Part shown: in pieces, positions 21,523-32,036 of the stretch
Layout: each line of letters opens with the position of its first letter
Position numbering within the stretch: position 1 is the stretch's first letter
DNA from: an uncultured candidatus Porisulfidus sp.
GTDB taxonomy: Bacteria > Pseudomonadota > Gammaproteobacteria > Poriferisulfidales > Poriferisulfidaceae
DNA length: 64,000 nucleotides
Assembly: GCA_965116025.1 (NCBI GenBank)
Contig: OZ220480.1
Coordinates: 1,728,001 to 1,792,000, forward strand
Direction of reading: 5' to 3'
The notes under the pieces: generated by a model
The model's database searches: none
What the model saw: only the letters and a program-made list of their open reading frames with translations
What the model was told of the DNA's origin: nothing
Made by a program: the position numbers and the translations under genes

Positions 21523-22075
21523 CGATATCTTCCATGATCTCGCCGAGAGTCTCGATCATCTCCAGCGCCGCCACGGCCGCTTCCGCCCCCTTATTGCTGA
21601 CTTTCCGGCCGTCCTCGATTCTGGGCGCGGGATCTTGCCAGTCCTCTAGCAAGGCCGACCGTCGCTCGGCCTGCTCCCGAGTGTTGGTCGTCAGCACTCC
21701 GAAAAGAATCGGCACGTCCTCGCGCCGGGCCAGGCGGGCGAGATTGCGGGCGCATTCCGCCGCCACGTAGTCGAAATGGGGAGTCTCCCCACGGATGACG
21801 CAACCCAGCGCGATGATGGCGTCATACATCCCGGTTTCCACGCACAGCCGCGTCGCCGTGGCCAGCTCGAGGGCGCCGGGCACCCGAACGAGATCGACGC
21901 TCTCAATGTCGGCTCCACGCGCGACCAGCGTGGCGGTCGCGCCCTCGATCAGGCGATTGACGATCGGCTCGTTGAAGCGAGACGCGACTAGGGCGAATCC
22001 CATACCCGCGTCGGCCAACGCGCGTTTCTCTTCCAGATCGCGGATCTGATCGTAGTGCGTCAAGGAATCGTTCAT
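21500..22075 (-). CDS. ribH: Lumazine synthase
   Basis: SRFN, VPGALE, LGCVIRGETPHFDYV, NKGAEAA. Confidence 0.95.
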   Translation of the reverse strand: MNDSLTHYDQIRDLEEKRALADAGMGFALVASRFNEPIVNRLIEGATATLVARGADIESVDLVRVPGALELATATRLCVETGMYDAIIALGCVIRGETPHFDYVAAECARNLARLARREDVPILFGVLTTNTREQAERRSALLEDWQDPAPRIEDGRKVSNKGAEAAVAALEMIETLGEIMEDIDDDDDDD

Positions 22076-23175
22076 CGCTCTATGTGCTCCATAACTTCAA
22101 GGCCAAACCCGCCGAGCCCATGAAGAACCTGCGGCGCGCTCATCAACCGCATCCGGCGAACCCCGAGGTCCGCCAGGATTTGGGAGCCGGCCCCCAGCAT
22201 CCGGCGATCCGTCTGGGTCGCCCGCTCGCGGGCCGGCTCAGGACTATTGTGCAGCATCCGGATGCGCTTTAGCAAGCGCCCCGAGGATTCCGGCCAGCGC
22301 AGAATCACCGCCACCCCTTGGCCTTCGGAGGCGATTCGCCGTAGCGCGTCGCGTAACGGCCAGCCCAAATCCGGAGCCGTCGCCATCGCCACGTCACCCA
22401 AGGTGTTCTGCACGTGCACGCGCACCAGAATCGCGTCCCCAGGATCCGGAGTCCCGGCGACCAGCGCCAAGTGCACCGTGTCGACCGTCAGGTCCTCGTA
22501 GGCGATCAGCTCGAATTCTCCGTACGCGGTCGCCAAGCGGCAGCTGGCGCCGCGGCGCACGGTCGGCTCGCGCTCGACCCGATAGCGAATCAGGTTCTCG
22601 ATCGTGCCGACCTTGAGGCCATGCTCCAGCGCCAGCTCCTCCAGCTGCGGTCGCCGCGCCATCGTGCCGTCCTCGTTCAGGATCTCCACGATGACGGCCG
22701 CGGGCTCCAATCCGGCGAGCCGGGCCAGATCGCATCCGCCTTCGGTGTGTCCGGCCCGTGTCAAGACGCCGCCAGGCTGTTGCATCAGGCACTGCAGGTG
22801 TCCGGGCTGGTGAATGTCACCCGGCCGCGCGTCCGCCGCGACGGCGGTCCGGATCGTCGTCGCACGATCTTGCGCGGACACTCCCGTGCTGATCCCCTCT
22901 CGCGCATCGATAGTGAACGTGAAATTCGTGCGATGCGTCTCGTCCGTGGCCGGATCCATCAGGGGCAGGTCCAGCCGCCGGCAACGCTCAGGCGTCAAGG
23001 CCAGGCATAACAGGCCGCGTCCGTGGCGAGTCATGAAATTGATGTGCTCCGCCGTCGCGAGCGAGGCGGCGACCACCAGATCCCCCTCATTCTCGCGCGC
23101 CTCGTCATCGGCCAGCACGATCATCCGGCCTGCGCGCAAGTCCTGGATCAACTCCTCGGTCGTGTAAAAATTCAT
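22072..23175 (-). CDS. ribB: DHBP synthase fused to a degenerate GTP cyclohydrolase II domain (RibBX)
   Basis: DDEARENEGD, RAGHTEG; C-terminal domain lacks the RibA Zn-binding cysteines. Confidence 0.9.
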   Translation of the reverse strand: MNFYTTEELIQDLRAGRMIVLADDEARENEGDLVVAASLATAEHINFMTRHGRGLLCLALTPERCRRLDLPLMDPATDETHRTNFTFTIDAREGISTGVSAQDRATTIRTAVAADARPGDIHQPGHLQCLMQQPGGVLTRAGHTEGGCDLARLAGLEPAAVIVEILNEDGTMARRPQLEELALEHGLKVGTIENLIRYRVEREPTVRRGASCRLATAYGEFELIAYEDLTVDTVHLALVAGTPDPGDAILVRVHVQNTLGDVAMATAPDLGWPLRDALRRIASEGQGVAVILRWPESSGRLLKRIRMLHNSPEPARERATQTDRRMLGAGSQILADLGVRRMRLMSAPQVLHGLGGFGLEVMEHIER

Positions 23176-23777
23176 GTCTGGCCGCGCTCCTCCAAAAGAC
23201 GCTCCAGATATCTCGCCAGCATGTCGACTTCCAGATTGACTCGCTGGCCCACTCGGTACTCGCCCGCCAGGCTGGCCGCGCGGGTGTGAGGGATCAGCAT
23301 GACATCGAAAGCGTCCGCGCTGACCTCGGTGACGGTCAGGCTGACGCCGTCCACGCAGATCGATCCGCGCGGGACCAAATACCTTCCGATCTCCCTTGGA
23401 GCCGACACTTCCACGCGACGGCTCTCTCCCTTCGGCTGGATGGACGCGACATCGCCTACCGCGTCGACATGCCCGCTCACGAAATGTCCCCCCAGCGGCT
23501 CGCCGACGCGCAAGGCCGGCTCCAGGTTGACGTTTCGCCCGACTTCCATCTCTCCCAGCGTGGTGCGCGCGAGCGTCTCGAGACTCACGTCCACGTCGAA
23601 GCTCTTTTCTCGGACCGCGCGGGCGGTCAGGCAGACTCCGTTGATGGCGACGCTGTCGCCTTCCCGGATTTCCCGCAGTCGATCCCCCGCCGGGAGCCGG
23701 ACGCGCGCGCGGCGGCCCGAGGCCGTGTCCTCCATGGCCAGCACCTGACCTTTCGCCGCGATCAGTCCCGTGAACAT
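23172..23777 (-). CDS. ribE: Riboflavin synthase
   Basis: MFTGLI, GDSVAINGVCLT, GGHFVSGHVD, VNLEVDMLARY. Confidence 0.96.
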   Translation of the reverse strand: MFTGLIAAKGQVLAMEDTASGRRARVRLPAGDRLREIREGDSVAINGVCLTARAVREKSFDVDVSLETLARTTLGEMEVGRNVNLEPALRVGEPLGGHFVSGHVDAVGDVASIQPKGESRRVEVSAPREIGRYLVPRGSICVDGVSLTVTEVSADAFDVMLIPHTRAASLAGEYRVGQRVNLEVDMLARYLERLLEERGQT

Positions 23778-24892
23778 CAGCGATTTCGCTGGTACGTGAC
23801 GCGGATATCCGGATCCAGCGCGTGGACGTCCCGCAGGGTCCAGCCCGGATTTTCCGGCAGATCCTCGGCTGGCGGCAGCGTCGCCAAGGGCGCCGCGCCC
23901 GCGCCCAGCAGGCGAGGCGCGATGTATATCATCAACTCGTCGACCAGATCTTCCTGGAGCAACGCTCCCACGAACTTTGGCCCGGCCTCGACCTGCACAT
24001 CATTGATTTCATGGTCGGTCGCCAAGCTCGACAGCGTCGCTCCCAGGTCCAGCCCCTTCCGCGTCGCCGGAACAGTCCGGACCTCGGCCTTTTCCGAGAT
24101 TCTCTCCCTGATTTCTCGGGCTCGCTCTTTCAAGGTGTAGACGACGCGGGGTCCCGGCGTGGACCAGAGCGCGAGATCCTCCGAGCACTCCCCTTTTCGG
24201 TCCATAATGACGCGCAACGGTTGGCGAATTCGATCCACCCCCAACTCCCGCGCATCGAGACGAACGTTGAGCCGGGCGTTATCCCGGCGCGCGGTCGCGG
24301 CCGTCGACAGCACCGCGCCGACGCTAGCGCGCTGCCGTTGCACGTCGGCCCGCGCGCTCTTTCCAGTGATCCACTGGCTACGTCCATTCGCTAGCGCCGT
24401 TCCGCCATCCAGGCTCATCGCCTGCTTGACGCGGACCCAGGGCAGCCCGGTCATCATGCGCCGCCAGAATCCTCGGTTCAGCGCTCGCGTCCGCTCGGCT
24501 CCAACGCCAATCACGCATTCGACGCCCGCCCGCCTCAGCGTTTCATGTCCGCGTCCGCGCACCAAAGGATTCGGGTCCTCGCAAGCCGAGACGACTCGCG
24601 CGATTCCGGCCTTGATGATATTCGGCGCGCACGGCGCCGCGCGTCCTTCGTGCGCGCAGGGCTCGAGCGTCACGTACATCGTGGCGCCGCGCGCTCGGTC
24701 TCCCGCTCGCCTCAGTGCCTGGGGCTCGGCGTGGGCCTCTCCGGCGCGACGATGAAACCCGCGCCCGATCACCGTTCCGTCCGCCACCACGAGGCATCCG
24801 ACGCAGGGATTGGGCGCGGCGGTGTAGCGGCCGCGCGCCGCCAGCTCCAGAGCCTCTTCCATGAAACGCTCGTCCGCCTCCCGATCCGTCAT
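23777..24892 (-). CDS. ribD: Bifunctional deaminase/reductase RibD
   Basis: PNPCVG, HAE, TLEPCAHEGRAAPC, MSLDG, SQWITG. Confidence 0.94.
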   Translation of the reverse strand: MTDREADERFMEEALELAARGRYTAAPNPCVGCLVVADGTVIGRGFHRRAGEAHAEPQALRRAGDRARGATMYVTLEPCAHEGRAAPCAPNIIKAGIARVVSACEDPNPLVRGRGHETLRRAGVECVIGVGAERTRALNRGFWRRMMTGLPWVRVKQAMSLDGGTALANGRSQWITGKSARADVQRQRASVGAVLSTAATARRDNARLNVRLDARELGVDRIRQPLRVIMDRKGECSEDLALWSTPGPRVVYTLKERAREIRERISEKAEVRTVPATRKGLDLGATLSSLATDHEINDVQVEAGPKFVGALLQEDLVDELMIYIAPRLLGAGAAPLATLPPAEDLPENPGWTLRDVHALDPDIRVTYQRNR

Positions 24893-25425
24893 GACGTCAA
24901 GCCGTCCGGAGGCTCTCCTCCAAGCGACAGCTCGCGCTGCCTGCGCCGCGCCGATTCCGGCAGCGCGTTGGCCTCGCGCTCCAGCAATTGCCGCCATTGC
25001 GCGATCGTGGTGACCCCCTCGAATATCGAGGCGTACAGGATGCAAGCGATCTGGTCCCGCGCCCGCAACTCATCGATCACCCACAATCCCAGAACCCGGC
25101 TTGGCACCTTTTTGCTAGGGTAGGCTCGCGCCCGGTCACATACGTTGCGGATCACGTCTTCTATGGCGTCCGGGCTAACCGGACGACTGCGCGTCGCCAT
25201 CTCGATGCTTCGGGTCAGCTTCTCGGCATCGAAGGCCTGCGGAGCCGACTGGCCTTTTTTGACGATGTCCGGAAGTTTCAGTTCCGGCCGCTCGTAGGTC
25301 GTGAAGCGCTTCCGCTCGCACATCGGATTCAGGCACTCTCGGCGGCGGCGTATCCACCTGCCATCCTTAACGGGGCGGGAGTCCAGCACCTTCGTGTCGG
25401 CGCTATTGCAGAACGGACAGCGCAC
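24889..25425 (-). CDS. nrdR: Transcriptional repressor NrdR (divergent)
   Basis: CPFC, VLDSR, RRRREC, RFTTYE; glyA-nrdR-ribD synteny. Confidence 0.9.
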   Translation of the reverse strand: MRCPFCNSADTKVLDSRPVKDGRWIRRRRECLNPMCERKRFTTYERPELKLPDIVKKGQSAPQAFDAEKLTRSIEMATRSRPVSPDAIEDVIRNVCDRARAYPSKKVPSRVLGLWVIDELRARDQIACILYASIFEGVTTIAQWRQLLEREANALPESARRRQRELSLGGEPPDGLTS

Positions 25426-25465
25426 GAAGTCTCCTCGCAGGCGCCCCGCTCTCGACCCGGGCGGG

Positions 25466-26725
25466 TCAGTCGGCTTCGTACACCGGGTAGCGCGCGCAGA
25501 GAGCCCGCACGCGGTCCCGCACGCGGTCGATCATGGAGTCATCGCTCAGATCGTCAATGATGTCGCACATCCAGCCCGCCAACGCCCGGCACTCCTCTTC
25601 CTGAAAGCCTCGGGTGGTCACGGCGGGCGTTCCGACCCGAATGCCGCTGGTGACGAACGGAGATTTCGGGTCGTTGGGCACGGTGTTCTTGTTCACCGTG
25701 ATGCGCGCTTTCCCAAGCGCCGCGTCGACTTCCTTGCCGGTTAGTCCTTGGGTGATGAAATCGACCAGAAACAGGTGGTCGTCGGTGCCGCCGGACACGA
25801 CCTTGTAGCCGCGCTCGAGGAACGTCTCGGCCATGGCCTTGGCGTTGGCCAGAACCTGGCGCTGGTAGTCCCGGAACTCGGGACGCATGGCCTCCCGAAA
25901 CGCCACCGCCTTGGCGGCGATGACATGCATCAGCGGCCCGCCCTGCATTCCGGGAAACACCATGGAGTTGATCTTCTTGGTGATCTCCTCGTTCTCGCGG
26001 GCGATAATGAAGCCGCTGCGCGGACCGCGCAACGTCTTGTGCGTGGTCGACGTCACCACGTCGGCGACCGGCACCGGGCTCGGATAGAGGTCCGCCGCGA
26101 TCAGGCCGGAGACATGCGCCATGTCGACCATCAGCAGGGCGCCAACGGAATCGCAGATCTCGCGGAAACGGCCCCAGTCCATGACGCGCGAGTATGCGGA
26201 AAACCCGGCCACGATCATCTTCGGGCGATGCTCGGTGGCCAGCCTCGCCACCTGATCGTAATCCACCTCGCCAGTTTCCGGATCCAATCCGTACTGGACC
26301 GCGTTGTAGTTCTGGCCGGAAAAATTGACATGCGCGCCATGCGTGAGATGGCCGCCGTGCGCCAGGGCCATGCCCAGCAAGACGTCGCCCGGCTCCAGCA
26401 GCGCCGTGTACACCGCCGCGTTGGCCTGCGACCCGGAGTGCGGCTGCACGTTGGCGTAGTCCGCCCGATACAACTCGCAAGCTCGCTCGATCGCCAGCCG
26501 CTCGACCACGTCCACATGCTCGCAACCTCCATAGTAGCGTTTGGCGGGATAGCCTTCCGCGTACTTGTTGGTCAACGCCGATCCCTGGGCCTCCAGCACG
26601 CGAGGGCTGGCGTAGTTCTCGGAGGCGATCAACTCGATGTGCTCTTCCTGGCGAAGGCGTTCCGCCTCCATCGCCGTGGCGAGTTCTGGGTCGAAGCCCG
26701 CTATGGTCAAGTTTTTCTTAAACAT
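25466..26725 (-). CDS. glyA: Serine hydroxymethyltransferase
   Basis: [36 protein letters not shown]; ATG at 26725. Confidence 0.98.
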   Translation of the reverse strand: MFKKNLTIAGFDPELATAMEAERLRQEEHIELIASENYASPRVLEAQGSALTNKYAEGYPAKRYYGGCEHVDVVERLAIERACELYRADYANVQPHSGSQANAAVYTALLEPGDVLLGMALAHGGHLTHGAHVNFSGQNYNAVQYGLDPETGEVDYDQVARLATEHRPKMIVAGFSAYSRVMDWGRFREICDSVGALLMVDMAHVSGLIAADLYPSPVPVADVVTSTTHKTLRGPRSGFIIARENEEITKKINSMVFPGMQGGPLMHVIAAKAVAFREAMRPEFRDYQRQVLANAKAMAETFLERGYKVVSGGTDDHLFLVDFITQGLTGKEVDAALGKARITVNKNTVPNDPKSPFVTSGIRVGTPAVTTRGFQEEECRALAGWMCDIIDDLSDDSMIDRVRDRVRALCARYPVYEAD

Positions 26726-26756
26726 GAGCGATCCTGTCAAAACGTCGAACGCGGCA

Positions 26757-27161
26757 TTATACGGGGTCGCTCGCGCCAGACCGCGTCTCGCGCTCGGCCA
26801 GCCGCAACAAAACCTCGGGCATGCTCGCCTCGGCGCCCAAGTGCTCGCGCAGGTAGATGGCGATGCCCGGGTGCCGCGCGCGCGCCTGATCGAGCGCGGC
26901 CGGGATATCGTCGCGGACATGCCGCCCGGCCGCCAGAAAATATGGCAAGACCCACAGTTGCGCCGCGCCCTGCGCGACGCAAACGTCGATCCCAGTCGGG
27001 ATATCAGGTGCCGCGGCCTCTAGGAAGGCATGCGTAACGACCTCGAAACGCCCGCCAGACGCTTCGCGCAACCGTTCCGCCAGCTGAGCGACCTCTGCGT
27101 TGGCCCGCTCCACGCGGGAGCCGTGCGCGACCAATAGCAGGGCGCGTTTCCCAGAGTTCAC
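26757..27161 (-). CDS. Single-domain CbiX/SirB sirohydrochlorin chelatase
   Basis: [25 protein letters not shown]; GTG overlaps the kdsB stop. Confidence 0.85.
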   Translation of the reverse strand: MNSGKRALLLVAHGSRVERANAEVAQLAERLREASGGRFEVVTHAFLEAAAPDIPTGIDVCVAQGAAQLWVLPYFLAAGRHVRDDIPAALDQARARHPGIAIYLREHLGAEASMPEVLLRLAERETRSGASDPV

Positions 27162-27883
27162 GCCAAAGCCTCCAGCTCGGCGCGGACGCGCTCCAGATCC
27201 TCTGGCGTATCCACTCCCGGCGGCGACGCCTCGACACCCGTCTCGACATGGACGCGAAGGCCATGATGCAACATCCGGCACTGCTCCAGCGATTCCTCGA
27301 TCTCCCGCGGCGCGGGCGGCAGGTTGGCGTAGCGCGCGAGCCCAGCCGCCCGATACGCGTAAATCCCCAAATGCCGCTGGCATCGCGCCGCCGCGACTCT
27401 CGGCGCCCGACCGAACCCCTCAGCGTAGCCCTCCGCGTCCCGCCATACCTTGACCACCTGCGGGCGCTCCCAGTCTCCCTTCTCTAGCGGCTCGCTCAGG
27501 GTCGCCGCGAAAGCGTCCGCGCGCGCGGACAGATTTCCCGCTGCTTGGGCGATCAGCGCGGACGGTAACGCCGGCTCGTCCGCTTGCACGTTCACCACGA
27601 TGGAGTCGTCGTCCCAGTCCATTCGCTCGAGTATCTCGCCCAGCCGGGACGTGCCGTTCGGATGGTCCGGGCGGGTCATCCACACCGTCGCGCCGAAAGA
27701 TCGGGCGCAATCGGCCACCGCCTCGTCCGCCGCGGCGATCACCACGGAGGCCGCCCCGCTACGTCGCGCGCGCTCGAAAACCCAGCGCAACATCGGTCGC
27801 CCAGCGATCTCCAGCAGGGGCTTGCCCGGCAGCCGGCTAGAGGCGCTTCGCGCCGGAATCGCCACGTGGAACGGATCCGTCAT
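27158..27883 (-). CDS. kdsB: CMP-Kdo synthetase
   Basis: [43 protein letters not shown]. Confidence 0.94.
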   Translation of the reverse strand: MTDPFHVAIPARSASSRLPGKPLLEIAGRPMLRWVFERARRSGAASVVIAAADEAVADCARSFGATVWMTRPDHPNGTSRLGEILERMDWDDDSIVVNVQADEPALPSALIAQAAGNLSARADAFAATLSEPLEKGDWERPQVVKVWRDAEGYAEGFGRAPRVAAARCQRHLGIYAYRAAGLARYANLPPAPREIEESLEQCRMLHHGLRVHVETGVEASPPGVDTPEDLERVRAELEALA

Positions 27884-28077
27884 GACGCGGACCGATAGCT
27901 CCGGCATTCCTCTTCCGTCAGCTCCCGCGCCTCCTCCTCTAGCAACACCGGAATGTCGTCTCGAATCGGATACGCCAAGCGGCCGGACAGCGAGATCAGT
28001 TCCTGCCGCGCGCGGTCATACCGGAGCGGGCCCTTGGTGACCGGGCAGACCAAAATGTCCAGCAGTCTCTCGTCCAT
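27880..28077 (-). CDS. ycaR: Trm112-family protein
   Basis: [14 protein letters not shown]...[13 protein letters not shown]; lpxK-ycaR-kdsB synteny. Confidence 0.92.
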   Translation of the reverse strand: MDERLLDILVCPVTKGPLRYDRARQELISLSGRLAYPIRDDIPVLLEEEARELTEEECRSYRSAS

Positions 28078-28094
28078 CTATCTCGACCTTTCGC

Positions 28095-30935
28095 TCACGC
28101 TCTCGCCTCTGACCCCGGAGACGCCTCTCGAGCGCTCTCGACCGCCCGCCGCGCGCCAGCGACGATCTTCTCTCCGACCTCCGGATCCAGCTCCACGTCC
28201 ACTTCTAAAGAATACCATCTTTCGCGCGCGAACCGCTCGCACTTGACCGCGTCCTTCGGCGTCATGACCACCGCGAGCTCATCCGCGAAATCGAGCTCTC
28301 CGGCGCGAAAAGGGTGATGGTCCTCATAGACGTGCGGGATCGCGTCGATCCCCGCCTCGGCTAAGGACTCCAAGAACCGGTCCGGGTTTCCCACCGCGCA
28401 GACCGCGTGCACGGTACGCCCCGCGAGGTCCGACAATGGCGTCGCGCTTCCGTCGAGAAGCGCGCGCAGGTGCCGGACCTTCAGGTCGAATCGGATCTCC
28501 CCCGGGCCTGGTTCCCCTCCGTGCGTCAGCGCCCAGTCCACCGAGCGGACGCGCCCGATCGGCTCGCGCAGAGGTCCGGCGGGCAGGCACAGGCCGTTGC
28601 CATACCGGCGCTTTCCGTCCACCACCAGAATCTCGATCTGCCGCGCCAACCTGAGGTGCTGCAGGCCATCGTCCGAAAGAATGATGTCGATGGAATGCCG
28701 CTCGCGCATCGCCCGGGCCGCGGCGACGCGGTCCGGTCCCGCGAACACGGGGCGGCCCGTCTGCGCCGCGATCAGAATGGCCTCCTCCCCCACCTCGTCC
28801 GGACTGGTCGCCGCGGTCACCTCGCGCGGCCAAGCCTGACTATCGCCCTGGTAGCCTCGGCACACGATTCCTGCCGAGATTCCAGCGTCCCGAAGCCGCG
28901 ACGCGAGCCAGATCACCACCGGAGTCTTCCCGGTTCCGCCAACGCTCAGGTTGCCGACGACGATCACCGGTTCCGGCAAGGCCGCGGGCCGGACCAGCCA
29001 GCGATACCAGTTTCGTCGCAGAAAAACCCCGGTCCGATACAGCCAGCCCAGCGGCCGCAAAACCCAGCCCCAACGGTTATCCTCGTACCAGATGGACTCG
29101 GCGAGGCGCGTGGGCCAGGTCTGATGCGAGGTTCTCTCCTCTTCCAGCAGGCTTCCTCGTCGGGGACGCGGTTTCCTGACCTCGCCCGTATCCTGAAACT
29201 GATGCTGGTAAAGCTTTCGATACACTTGATTTCTCTGGATGAGATCGGCATGAGTTCCTTGCTCCACGACCTCGCCATGCTCCAGCACGACGATTTGGTC
29301 GGCGCGCTCGACCGTCGACAAGCGATGCGCGATGATCAGGGTCGTGGAAATGCCCATGATCTTGTCCAGAGCCTCCTGCACGTAGCGCTCGGACTCGCTG
29401 TCTAGCGACGAGGTCGCCTCGTCCAGAATCAGGATCGGCGCTCGCTTGTACAGGGCTCGCGCCAAGGCCAGGCGCTGCCGTTGTCCTCCAGACAGCTGCA
29501 CGCCTCCCTCTCCGATCACGGTCTCCAGCCCTTGCGGCAGGCGATTCACGAATTCGTCGACATGCGCGCCACGCAACGCGGCGTCCAGCTCGCGCCTCTG
29601 GCCCGTATCGACTCCGTAGGTGATGTTGTTGCGAACCGTATCGTTGAACAGCACCACGTTCTGCCCCACGTAGCTGATCAGCCCGCGCAAGTCGGCCAGA
29701 CGCAATTCATCGATAGAAACGCCGTCCACTCGGATCTCTCCGTCGGTCGGCGAGTAGAAACGCGGCAAAAGGTTGGCCAGCGTGGACTTGCCCGATCCCG
29801 AGCGGCCAACCAGCGCGACGGTCTCCCCACGGCGGATCGTCAGCGAGACCTCGCGCAGCGCGTCGCGCTCCGCGTTGCGATAGCGCAAGCTGACCCGGTC
29901 GTACACGATCGACTCCCGCAGCTCCCGCTTGGCGCGCTCGCCCTCGTCCCGCTCCCCCGGAACGTCGAGCATCTGGAACACCTGCTGCCCGGCGGCGATG
30001 CTCTGTTGCAGGCGCGTGTTGACCTGCACCAGATTGCGCGCGGGCGCGAGCAGCATGAGCATGGCGAACATGAACGACACGAAGCCACCAACCGTGATGG
30101 TCTCCAGCACGCCCTCCAGAGTCACCAAATAGACGATTCCGGCCCAAGCCAACCCCACTAAAAGCATGATGATCGAAGACACTAGAGCCGTCATGCGCGC
30201 CGTTCGGACCTGCCGCTGACGGTACTGCTCGGTCGTCTGGGCGAACCGCGCTCTCTCCAGGGCCTCGGCCTGAAACACCCGCACGACCCGATAGCCCTGG
30301 ATCACCTCCTGGGCGTTCCGCACCGTGTCGGTCAGCGCCTCCATCATGCTGTGGCTGAGTTTCCGGATTCGCCGATTGCCGCGCGGGATCAGCCAAGCGA
30401 AGATCGGCGCGGTGACCAGAAACGCCACGGTCAAAACCCAGCTGACGTACAGCATCCAGCTGAGCAGGCCGACCACCATCAGGCTGTCCCGGATCAGAAT
30501 GGTGAGACTCCGCGAGGCGGCCTCGGAGACGCCCTGGACGTGATTGGTGATGCGCGCCAGGAAATCGCTGGACGGCGTGTGGTCGTGCGTTTCGGCCGGG
30601 ATCTCAAGCAACTGCGCGAACATTTTCCGGCGCAAATCCCGCACCAGCCGCGCCCCGATCCGCGCCATGCAGGACGCGCTGACGTACGAGCCCGCCGCCC
30701 GCAGCACGAAAATCCCGACCAAGGCCAGTGGCACCCAGCGAATGACTTCCGGCTGTCGCTCGACGATCGCGCCATCCAGAATCGGCTTCATCAAGGCGGA
30801 CAGGGCCGGACCCGACGCGGCCTCCATCACCATCCCAAGGACCGCCAACCCCAGGACTCCGGCTTGACCGCGCAACGCCATGCGCAACAGCTGCCGGTAG
30901 ATGTCCGCGCCGGCGCGGCGTTCAATCTCATTCAC
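28095..30935 (-). CDS. msbA-lpxK: Fused lipid A flippase MsbA and tetraacyldisaccharide 4'-kinase LpxK
   Basis: One 946-aa ORF: TMD and NBD (GRSGSGKS, LSGGQRQR, LDEATS), then LpxK (VVGNLSVGGTGKTP, DDGLQH, LPAGPLRE, KDAVK). Confidence 0.92.
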   Translation of the reverse strand: MNEIERRAGADIYRQLLRMALRGQAGVLGLAVLGMVMEAASGPALSALMKPILDGAIVERQPEVIRWVPLALVGIFVLRAAGSYVSASCMARIGARLVRDLRRKMFAQLLEIPAETHDHTPSSDFLARITNHVQGVSEAASRSLTILIRDSLMVVGLLSWMLYVSWVLTVAFLVTAPIFAWLIPRGNRRIRKLSHSMMEALTDTVRNAQEVIQGYRVVRVFQAEALERARFAQTTEQYRQRQVRTARMTALVSSIIMLLVGLAWAGIVYLVTLEGVLETITVGGFVSFMFAMLMLLAPARNLVQVNTRLQQSIAAGQQVFQMLDVPGERDEGERAKRELRESIVYDRVSLRYRNAERDALREVSLTIRRGETVALVGRSGSGKSTLANLLPRFYSPTDGEIRVDGVSIDELRLADLRGLISYVGQNVVLFNDTVRNNITYGVDTGQRRELDAALRGAHVDEFVNRLPQGLETVIGEGGVQLSGGQRQRLALARALYKRAPILILDEATSSLDSESERYVQEALDKIMGISTTLIIAHRLSTVERADQIVVLEHGEVVEQGTHADLIQRNQVYRKLYQHQFQDTGEVRKPRPRRGSLLEEERTSHQTWPTRLAESIWYEDNRWGWVLRPLGWLYRTGVFLRRNWYRWLVRPAALPEPVIVVGNLSVGGTGKTPVVIWLASRLRDAGISAGIVCRGYQGDSQAWPREVTAATSPDEVGEEAILIAAQTGRPVFAGPDRVAAARAMRERHSIDIILSDDGLQHLRLARQIEILVVDGKRRYGNGLCLPAGPLREPIGRVRSVDWALTHGGEPGPGEIRFDLKVRHLRALLDGSATPLSDLAGRTVHAVCAVGNPDRFLESLAEAGIDAIPHVYEDHHPFRAGELDFADELAVVMTPKDAVKCERFARERWYSLEVDVELDPEVGEKIVAGARRAVESAREASPGSEARA

Positions 30936-31345
30936 GGCAAGCGCTCGCCCAAGGTGGCGACTCGGAGGTTTCGAACGCCTTGCGCGCGGGCCTGCGCCAT
31001 CAGGCGAACCACCAGCTGATGCGGCGTCAGCGCGTGCGCATAGACGTAGACCACGGCATCGGGCCGCGCTTCCACCTCTGCCCGGAGCCGAGCCCCAAGC
31101 GCCTCGGTCTCGCCCGGCAACAGCTGCCCATCCAAATAATGGTCGCCCATCGCGTCGATCGCCAGGACGATACGCCCCTCGGCCGCCACCGTCTCGGCCT
31201 CGCCTCGCGGGAGCTGGATTCTCAAGAAATCCAACTGGCTGAACGTGGTGGTCAGCATGAAGAACAGCAAGAGCAAAAACACCACATCGATCAGCGGCGT
31301 CAGCGGAATCGAGATCGCGTCCTCTTGGCGCGCTTGGAATTTCAT
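30932..31345 (-). CDS. exbD: ExbD/TolR biopolymer transport protein
   Basis: LTPLIDVVFLLLLFFM. Confidence 0.9.
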   Translation of the reverse strand: MKFQARQEDAISIPLTPLIDVVFLLLLFFMLTTTFSQLDFLRIQLPRGEAETVAAEGRIVLAIDAMGDHYLDGQLLPGETEALGARLRAEVEARPDAVVYVYAHALTPHQLVVRLMAQARAQGVRNLRVATLGERLP

Positions 31346-31959
31346 GAAGACTCCGGCTCGCGTTGCCTGAGGATATCCACCAGCTGGCGCGCCACCGCCT
31401 CCATTCGGGAAACCAGCACCGAGACTCGACGATGGAAGTAGCGGTGAAAGATCACCGCCGGAATCGCCACCGCGAGTCCAGCCGCGGTCGTGATCAAGGC
31501 CTGCGCTATTCCACCCGCCAAGTCCGACGGCTGTCCCAGCCCGGTAGCGGTAATTTGGTCGAACACCACGATCAATCCCCAAACCGTTCCCAGCAACCCT
31601 AGCAAAGGCGCGATCATGGCGATGGTGCCGAGCGCCACCAGAAAGCGCTCCAGCTCGACCGCCCCCCGGCGACCAGCGTCCTCAATCGCCGTCTTGCGCT
31701 CCTCCAGCGTCCGGCAGTGCGGGCTCAACCCACTCGCCAGGACGCGCCCCAGTTGCGAACTGTCGCGCAAGACGCCCAGACGATCTGGATCCAAGGCTCC
31801 TTGTCGCAACCAGGCGCGAACCTTCGCCAGCAACCCTTCCGGCATGACCTGGGCTTGGCGCAAGGCCCAGCCCCGCTCCAGAATGATGGCGAGCGCCAGG
31901 ACCGAGCACAGCAGAATCGGAGCCATCACCCAGCCTCCGGCCTGTACCAAATCCAGCAT
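31342..31959 (-). CDS. exbB: ExbB/MotA/TolQ proton channel
   Basis: APLLGLLGTV, GIAQALITTAAGLAVAIPA. Confidence 0.92.
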   Translation of the reverse strand: MLDLVQAGGWVMAPILLCSVLALAIILERGWALRQAQVMPEGLLAKVRAWLRQGALDPDRLGVLRDSSQLGRVLASGLSPHCRTLEERKTAIEDAGRRGAVELERFLVALGTIAMIAPLLGLLGTVWGLIVVFDQITATGLGQPSDLAGGIAQALITTAAGLAVAIPAVIFHRYFHRRVSVLVSRMEAVARQLVDILRQREPESS

Positions 31960-32036
31960 CAATGGGAGGGAAAACGGCGAAAGCGAGAGATTTATTGTAG
32001 AGTATGCGCGCGTTCACCCTCTGGCCCGCCCCCGCG

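Noticed and set aside
22072-22560. ribBA as a pseudogene because the Zn cysteines are missing
   Set aside because: Matches the known RibBX architecture and the ORF is intact
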